This document shows, one piece after another, positions 37,314-43,859 of a DNA stretch of 43,859 nucleotides. Positions within the stretch are counted from its first letter, which is position 1; the number at the start of each line of letters is the position of its first letter. Origin of the DNA: Octopus bimaculoides (lineage: Eukaryota); contig NC_069001.1 of the NCBI RefSeq assembly GCF_001194135.2, positions 28,284,915-28,328,773 of the forward strand, written 5' to 3'. A program made the position numbers and the translations under genes. Under the pieces are notes generated by a model. It was not told the DNA's origin. It searched no databases and saw only the letters and a program-made list of their open reading frames with translations.

Positions 37314-37938
37314 NNNNNNNNNNNNNNNNNNNNNNNNNNNNNNNNNNNNNNNNNNNNNNNNNNNNNNNNNNNNNNNNNNNNNNNNNNNNNNNNNNNNNNN
37401 NNNNNNNNNNNNNNNNNNNNNNNNNNNNNNNNNNNNNNNNNNNNNNNNNNNNNNNNNNNNNNNNNNNNNNNNNNNNNNNNNNNNNNNNNNNNNNNNNNNN
37501 NNNNNNNNNNNNNNNNNNNNNNNNNNNNNNNNNNNNNNNNNNNNNNNNNNNNNNNNNNNNNNNNNNNNNNNNNNNNNNNNNNNNNNNNNNNNNNNNNNNN
37601 NNNNNNNNNNNNNNNNNNNNNNNNNNNNNNNNNNNNNNNNNNNNNNNNNNNNNNNNNNNNNNNNNNNNNNNNNNNNNNNNNNNNNNNNNNNNNNNNNNNN
37701 NNNNNNNNNNNNNNNNNNNNNNNNNNNNNNNNNNNNNNNNNNNNNNNNNNNNNNNNNNNNNNNNNNNNNNNNNNNNNNNNNNNNNNNNNNNNNNNNNNNN
37801 NNNNNNNNNNNNNNNNNNNNNNNNNNNNNNNNNNNNNNNNNNNNNNNNNNNNNNNNNNNNNNNNNNNNNNNNNNNNNNNNNNNNNNNNNNNNNNNNNNNN
37901 NNNNNNNNNNNNNNNNNNNNNNNNNNNNNNNNNNNNNN
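37314..37938. other. Assembly gap (625 N) in (TA)n
   Basis: N-run. Confidence 0.98.
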
Positions 37939-38239
37939 ATATATATATATATATATATATATATAGGTATGTACATATAAGTAGATGTATATATACATTC
38001 ATGTGTATATTCGCTCGTGTGCCGTTAGAAGACTACATTGCAGCAGTGTCAGTGTTACTCTTTTAGTTTTATGAGCTAAATTAGTTAGCGCTAGTCATGA
38101 TCATTATTGTCATATATTTCACATGAATTTTGAAAGAAAGTTCTAGAAGAGGAAGAATTATTATTTCCAGGCTTCATAATTACAGACGCGTTCATGATTG
38201 TGTATTCTATGTTGCAATATAATATACACTAGTGCAATA

Positions 38240-39130
38240 AAACATTATGAATGTCTAGTTTATCACAAAACTGTCATAACTGTTATCATCAACGCCTTCA
38301 TCATTACGGTCGCACAATGTCTCCGTCATAAACATATCAACTACAGACGTTACTACCATCTTCGTCATCGTAATTATAATCATCACTACTACATTATCAG
38401 CATAAGTGTTACAATCATTATCGATACGACCAACGCCACGTCCAAAACCACCACCATCGTCAATAACCGCCACCATCATCATCATCATCATAAGCATGAT
38501 CGATTATAATCATCGCCATCCTCGTCATTGTCATTGTCGCCACCCACAGGAGCATTATCACTTCCATCATCGTTTTCACTTGTTGTTGTTGTTGGCTCTC
38601 CGTCGCTTACGACGTCGAGGGTTCCAGTTGATCCGATCAACGGAACAGCCTGCTCGTGAAATTAACGTGCAAGTGGCTGAGCACTCCGCAGACACGTGCA
38701 GCCTTAACGTAGTTCTCGGGGATATTCAGTGTGACACAGAGAGTGACAAGGCTGACCCTTTGAATTACAGGCACAACATAAACAGGAAGTAAGAGTGAGA
38801 GAAAGTTGTGGTGGAAGAGTACAGCAGGGTTCGCCACCATCCCCTGCCGGAGCCTTGTGGAGCTTTAGGTGTTTTCGCTCAATAAACACTCACAACGCTC
38901 GGTCTGGGAATCGAAACTGCGATCCTATGACCACGAATCCACTACCCTAACCACTGGGCCATTGCGCCTCCACATCGTTTTCACTACTTACGTGATAATC
39001 ATCGTCGCCAATCATCATCATCATCGCCATCATTATTATCGTCGTCATCAACAATACAATCATTGTTGCCATGGTTATTATGTAATCAACCTCATTATCA
39101 TCACTTTCATTTAAATCATCATCATCGATA
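38240..39130. repeat. Degenerate (CAT/ATC)n low-complexity tract, interrupted by a family C SINE
   Basis: catcatcat/cattat/catcgt runs. Source of the poly-H, poly-I and poly-M ORFs. Confidence 0.85.
38581..38972 (-). mobile_element. Family C SINE, full length, 13-bp TSD catcgttttcact
   Basis: (TTG)n tail at 38581 and head ..accactgggccattgcgcctcca. The TSD is at 38568-38580 and 38973-38985. Confidence 0.96.
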
Positions 39131-39680
39131 ACCTTCACCGGGTTTTGAAATTTATGCAATATCAGGATAAATTTAAATATCGATTTAATTTAATGCATTC
39201 ACATGGTTGAATTGTAGCTAGAAAACACACCGATGGAGTAATCTATTTGGCTTTGAAGTGATTTATGTTTTGTGCCCTTGACCTATCTGTTTATAGAAAG
39301 AGGGGGCGATTTTCTTGAGAATATATTCCTTAAAACTAAATAAAAAAATATATCAGGATATTCTCTGGTATGCGACTCTCACATGTCAAATGAAAAACAT
39401 CTGTGTCGATGGATCCTTCCAAAACCCTCCACTCCATTTAATTTTCGATGTAGGACGAGTCGAAAACACAAATAGTTTAAACAACATGAAGTATTATCTG
39501 GAAATAAAACAGAAATCTATCAAAACATTGGTAAATATATTTTAGAGATATTGACGAGCATCACGTGGTCTATCATTTCAAAGATACCAAACATACGGAA
39601 GTCAATTAGAGTTTAATAATATTCGCTTCACGGAGAAATTTCGTACTATTACTTACCTCGGTTTACAGAAAGATGAAAGT

Positions 39681-40126
39681 AAGGCACGGCTGTGTGAGTA
39701 ACACACTCGTTTTAAAACTACGTGTTTCCTGGCTCACTCCCACCACGCGGTTCCTTTGCCAAGTGTCTCGTTCTGTCGCTTCGAAATTACTTATGTCATC
39801 TGAGCTAATTTAATATATATACATGTGTGTGCGTGTGTGTGTGCGCGTGTGAGTTTGTGTATTTACGTGCGGGTGTCTGCCTTTAACCATGCGTGTTTGT
39901 CTTTGTATCTCTGTTTTCTCGAACACTTCAGAAATTAATTGCGTTGGTTCTTTTTATTCCCCAGAAATTAGCAGTTCGGCAAAAGAGACCAATAGAATAG
40001 GTACCAGGTTTTAAAAAAGAAAATAAATTACCACTCTCGATTCATTCATCCAGGGACTCTTAAAAACTGTGTCAGAGCATTGTTGCAGTCCAATGCCTGA
40101 ATCAAATACGAGAAGATAAAATAAGA
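39681..40126 (+). mobile_element. Old family A SINE
   Basis: cacggctgtgtg..ccaagtgtc, internal (TG)n, then gcagttcggcaaaagagaccaatagaataggtaccagg. Confidence 0.7.
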
Positions 40127-40623
40127 TATCGTCGAAATTGCTGCTGAACCACTGCAAAATGAAACCACCATGGATGAATTATGGCCACAATAATACCTAT
40201 CACCAACAAAAAGATGTTTGATAATAGATATGTCAAAAAGCATAACTGGCACATGGGCCACATAAAAATTACCATGCAAAAATGAACTTAGTTAAATACT
40301 CAGAGGTGACCAGCATTTTAATTAAACAGTATTTGAATAAAACAGAAAAATACCTGTATGACAAATCATAGAAAATAATTTCTTGTTTATAAAATCTATT
40401 TTCGACTTTAGGGTTTGCATCATTATTCCTAAATGGTAATTATGTGAGATCCACTGGAAAAATGAAGATTTTCCCGAGTATCAGGGATTCTCGAAGCCTA
40501 ACAATGCATGAACGAAAAGGACATTCGCGACCCTTCAAGTTTGAAGAAATTTTGATTTTTAGGGTTTTATCTCCTTTTTGTAATTAGGCTTGCCCAGTTG
40601 GTTATTATGATGTATGAACTACT

Positions 40624-40996
40624 GGCGTAGATAATTTGGTGTAGTAATAAGTTTGCTTCCCAACCACGTGTTTCTGGGTTCAATCCTTCTTTTACGATAG
40701 TCTCTTGCCTACAAAAGCCTTGTAATTGGATTTGGTAGACGAAAACTGACAGCAGCTCGTCGTTATATATGTGTATGTGTGTATTTGCGCTAGTGTTTAT
40801 CCCTCACCACCGAATGACAACCGGTATCGGTGTGTTTACGTTCCTGCAATATTAGCAGTTCGGCAAATGAGACCAATATAATACGAACCAAACTGCAAAG
40901 AAAGAAGCAGACAGGTCGTGTCGTTCGACTGAACCTTCCTTCAAGGCGGCACCGCAGTGTGGTCGAAGTCTGTAACTGAAACGAACACAGCGAAAA
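40624..40996 (+). mobile_element. Old family A SINE
   Basis: agtttgcttcccaaccacgtg..gggttcaatcc..ggatttggtagacgaaaactg..gacaaccggtatcggtgtg..gcagttcggc..aaggcggcaccgcag. Confidence 0.78.
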
Positions 40997-41456
40997 ACAC
41001 AACATTGAACGAATTATGTTACTTGGCATTTGACATACCTGTATGTTCGCATGTAATGAACTATTAATATGTTCCTCCAGCTCATTAACTATCAGCAGAA
41101 TGGATATTAATGACAACATTATTAGCTGCGACACCTATCTCTTAAATAACTTCGTAGGTAATAAAAAAGGATGTAACTGACGTTTTAAATATTCTGACTC
41201 ATATTAGAACAAATTATCGCAGCTGATCTTGAGAAATTATTTATCTTCCCATGTGATAGCTGAACCTGTTCTACGAAAGCGTTACACGTGCATATATGTG
41301 TGTGTGTGTATGTGTGTCTGTGAGTATATGTGTGTATGTCGGCATGTGCATTGCATGTCGGCATAGATAGATAGATAGATAGATAGTTAGGTATACATAC
41401 ACATATATAATATATACAGAGAAAGGCAAAGAGAGACAGAGAATAGTTATAAATAT

Positions 41457-41814
41457 TGTTGTTGTTGGCACTCCGTCGCTTACGACGTCGAGGGTTCCAG
41501 TTGATCCGATCAACGGAACAGCCTGCTCGTGAAATTAACGTGCAAGTGGCTGAGCACTCCACAGACACGTGTAGCCTTAACGTAGTTCTCGGGGATATTC
41601 AGCGTGACACAGTGTGACAAGGTTGATCCTTTGAATTGCAGGTACAACAGAAGCAGGAAGTAAGAGTGAGAGAAAGTTGTGGTGAAAGAGTACAGCAGGG
41701 TTCGCCACCATCCCCTGCCGGAGCCCTCTGGAGCTTTAGGTGTTTTCCCTCAATAAACCACGATTTTATGACTGCGGGTCCGCTGCCCTAACCACTGGGC
41801 CATTGCGCCTCCAC
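41457..41814 (-). mobile_element. Family C SINE with a short head deletion, 12-bp TSD agttataaatat
   Basis: The TSD is at 41445-41456 and 41815-41826. The body is near-identical to the other family C copies. Confidence 0.96.
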
Positions 41815-42675
41815 AGTTATAAATATATATGTATACATACGAACATACTTACACACACGCATTTATATAATACAAACTCATTCTGATTCGTTCTTCGTTC
41901 TCTCTCTTTCTCAATCTCTCCAACAAAAGACGCCTTGTTTATGTATGTGTGCGTATCTGTGACGTCTCTAAATATATGCAAAGTGGGTGGTATGTGTAAG
42001 CCTGTTAAAGCGTGTTGTTTTAAGTCGTAAAGATATGATAATTTTTTCTGAATAATTTATAAAAGGTCAAAAGTATGGCTTCCAATAATATCGTGTAATA
42101 AACATTTCGAACATTTCGAATATCCGAAACTCATTAGCAACGACTTAATAAAAAGTAATTAAATATTTTACATCATGCAAGGGATATTGATTGCTCAGAA
42201 CATTACAAAAGGTTCATGCCTGCTTATTAAGTAGTTTTGCGGATTATAGCTTATAAGCCGCTATGGAGTCAGAACGAGAATGTACACGAACACTGGTGCC
42301 GAAACTCTAGGCAGTTCCTCAGTGAAATATACTAAACATATTACGATTTATCCTCCAATATTATCCCGCTTATTCCTCCTATTCATCGTTTTATAGGGTG
42401 GTTGTTAGTATCGATTAAGATCTTGTCCGTATCGATTAACTTGAATGCATCATGACATTCGAAGCAAACCCACAATTATTAACTAAATCATCAGAGTTTT
42501 AAGTTAGCATTAAATGCAATAACTGGTCATGCAGTCCTGGCTTTAGCTCGATAGATATTGAAGCAAATGTTAAATAGATTCACATAAACACACACACCCA
42601 TACACACACACACACACGCATATACACACAGACATAGATATGCATATAAGTATGTATATGAATACATATGCATAC

Positions 42676-42741
<66 letters not shown>

Positions 42742-43255
42742 TCCTATTTTGTACAGCTTTATCTGTTATGTTTTCAATTACTGCTAGTGGAGTTTCCTTT
42801 CGTTTCGTTTCATTTCTTTTTTCATTTCGTTTCGTTTCTTTTTTTCATTTTTTTACTTTCCATCAACTTCCATTCCAAATTTTTTGTTCACTTTGCGTTC
42901 CAATCATTGTAAACCAGCAAATACGAAGCATTATACACATGTATATACATTTATTTTTTTTTCCATCATGCAGTTAATTTCTCACAATGATTCAAACATT
43001 TAAAAAAAAAGTTTTCCCCTTCCTAACCACGCTTTTCTGATTCTTTACATTTCGTTTCTTATATCTTTTATTCAATTCCCAAAATAAATATCTTCTTTTG
43101 TGCATCTCGTTCTCTTTGAATATCATTCTTGTACTTTAACTTCGATCCTTCCATCATACCTCCCATATATCAGGGCCAATCAATTGTATTTTCTTTCCCT
43201 TGATATTATTATTATAGCTGTTGTTGTTGTTATTATTATTATTATTAATATATGT

Positions 43256-43610
43256 AGGCGCAGGAGTGGCTGTGTGGTAAGTAGCTTTCTTACCAACCAC
43301 ATGGTTGTGGGTTCAGTCCCACTGCGTGGCACCTTGGGCAATTGTCTTCTACTATAGCCTCGGGCCGACCAAAGCCTTGTGAGTGGATATGGTTGACGGA
43401 AACTGAAAGAAGCCCGTCGTATATATATGTATATATGTGTGTGTGTGTGTGACAACCGATGCTGGTGTGTTTACGTCCCCGTAACATAGTGGTTTGGCTC
43501 GAGAGACCGATAGATTAAGTACTAGGCTTACAAAGAATAAGTGTTGGGTTGGATTTGATCGATTAAAGGCGTTGCTCCAGCATGGCCACAGTAAACTGAC
43601 TTAAAGAAGT
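43256..43610 (+). mobile_element. Family A SINE, best-preserved copy, followed by (GTA)n
   Basis: aggcgcaggagtggctgtgtggtaagtagc..gggttcagtcccactgcgtggcaccttgggcaattgtcttctactatagcctcgggccgacc..gaagcccgtcg(TA/TG)n gacaaccgatgctgg..gctccagcatggcc. Confidence 0.93.
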
Positions 43611-43859
43611 AGTAGTAGTAGTAGTAGTAGTATTTCCGTATCTTCTGTATTAGCTTCTATGTTTGTTTATATTGTTGTTCTTTTCTTGTAATTTTTCGTG
43701 GTTTTCATTTTACATCGGTTCGTTTCTCACATCTCTTGGTTTCATACAAATTTGGCTCCTTTTTTTTATGCGTGTTTAGCGATCGAATTGTAGCGATATA
43801 AATCATACATACTTTGTTTTCCTACTTATGTCATGAATTCGATTTTTAATATATATATA

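Noticed and set aside
2748-38002. Long ORFs in the track (for example 8728-9735, 25648-26415, 32092-32796, 37164-38002)
   Set aside because: They are open only because they cross N-runs and (TA)n/(CA)n repeats, giving YIYI and HTHT peptides. They are not genes.
38198-38792. His/Ile/Thr-rich ORFs (HHHHHHH)
   Set aside because: Translation of a degenerate (CAT)n tract and an antisense SINE. The LLLLALRRLRRRGFQLI peptide recurs in the other family C copies.
41081-41157. SLTISRMDINDNIISCDTY, resembling the cadherin DINDN motif, between plausible splice sites
   Set aside because: Lacks the following PxF, any other cadherin motif (PE, LDRE, DxD) and a long open frame. Octopus protocadherin ectodomains are typically in large exons. 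Probably chance.
1-43859. CRISPR arrays, Fanzor/TnpB, viral or prokaryotic operon-like systems
   Set aside because: No regularly spaced repeat-spacer array, no RuvC/zinc-finger TnpB motifs and no gene-dense segment were seen on either strand. About 3.2 kb is N and cannot be assessed.

Overview
AT-rich, microsatellite-dense eukaryotic DNA from a short-read-style assembly: 9 N-gaps, 8 of them abutting (TA)n. The repeat families resemble, from memory, those of an octopus genome; this is an inference, not a database result. I find no intact protein-coding gene, rRNA, true tRNA gene or CRISPR array, and nearly all long ORFs in the track are artefacts of N-runs or dinucleotide repeats. The window is intergenic or intronic DNA built from transposon debris. 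(1) About 25 tRNA-headed SINE copies or fragments in several families, some with clean target-site duplications (TSDs). (2) A (TAA)n microsatellite at 1.3-2.5 kb carrying stacked insertions, including two 3' ends of an R4/Dong-clade RLE retrotransposon. (3) A nested stack at 29.8-31.1 kb: (TA)n, a Penelope-like end with a minimal hammerhead-ribozyme fold, an RTE LINE 3' end, and a decayed Helitron Rep fragment. The most interesting items are the (TA)n-adjacent Penelope-like hammerhead motif with a non-canonical core, the microsatellite 'landing pads', a thrice-repeated 16-bp TSD, and young inverted SINE pairs with structured tails. I cannot support a new multi-gene system here.
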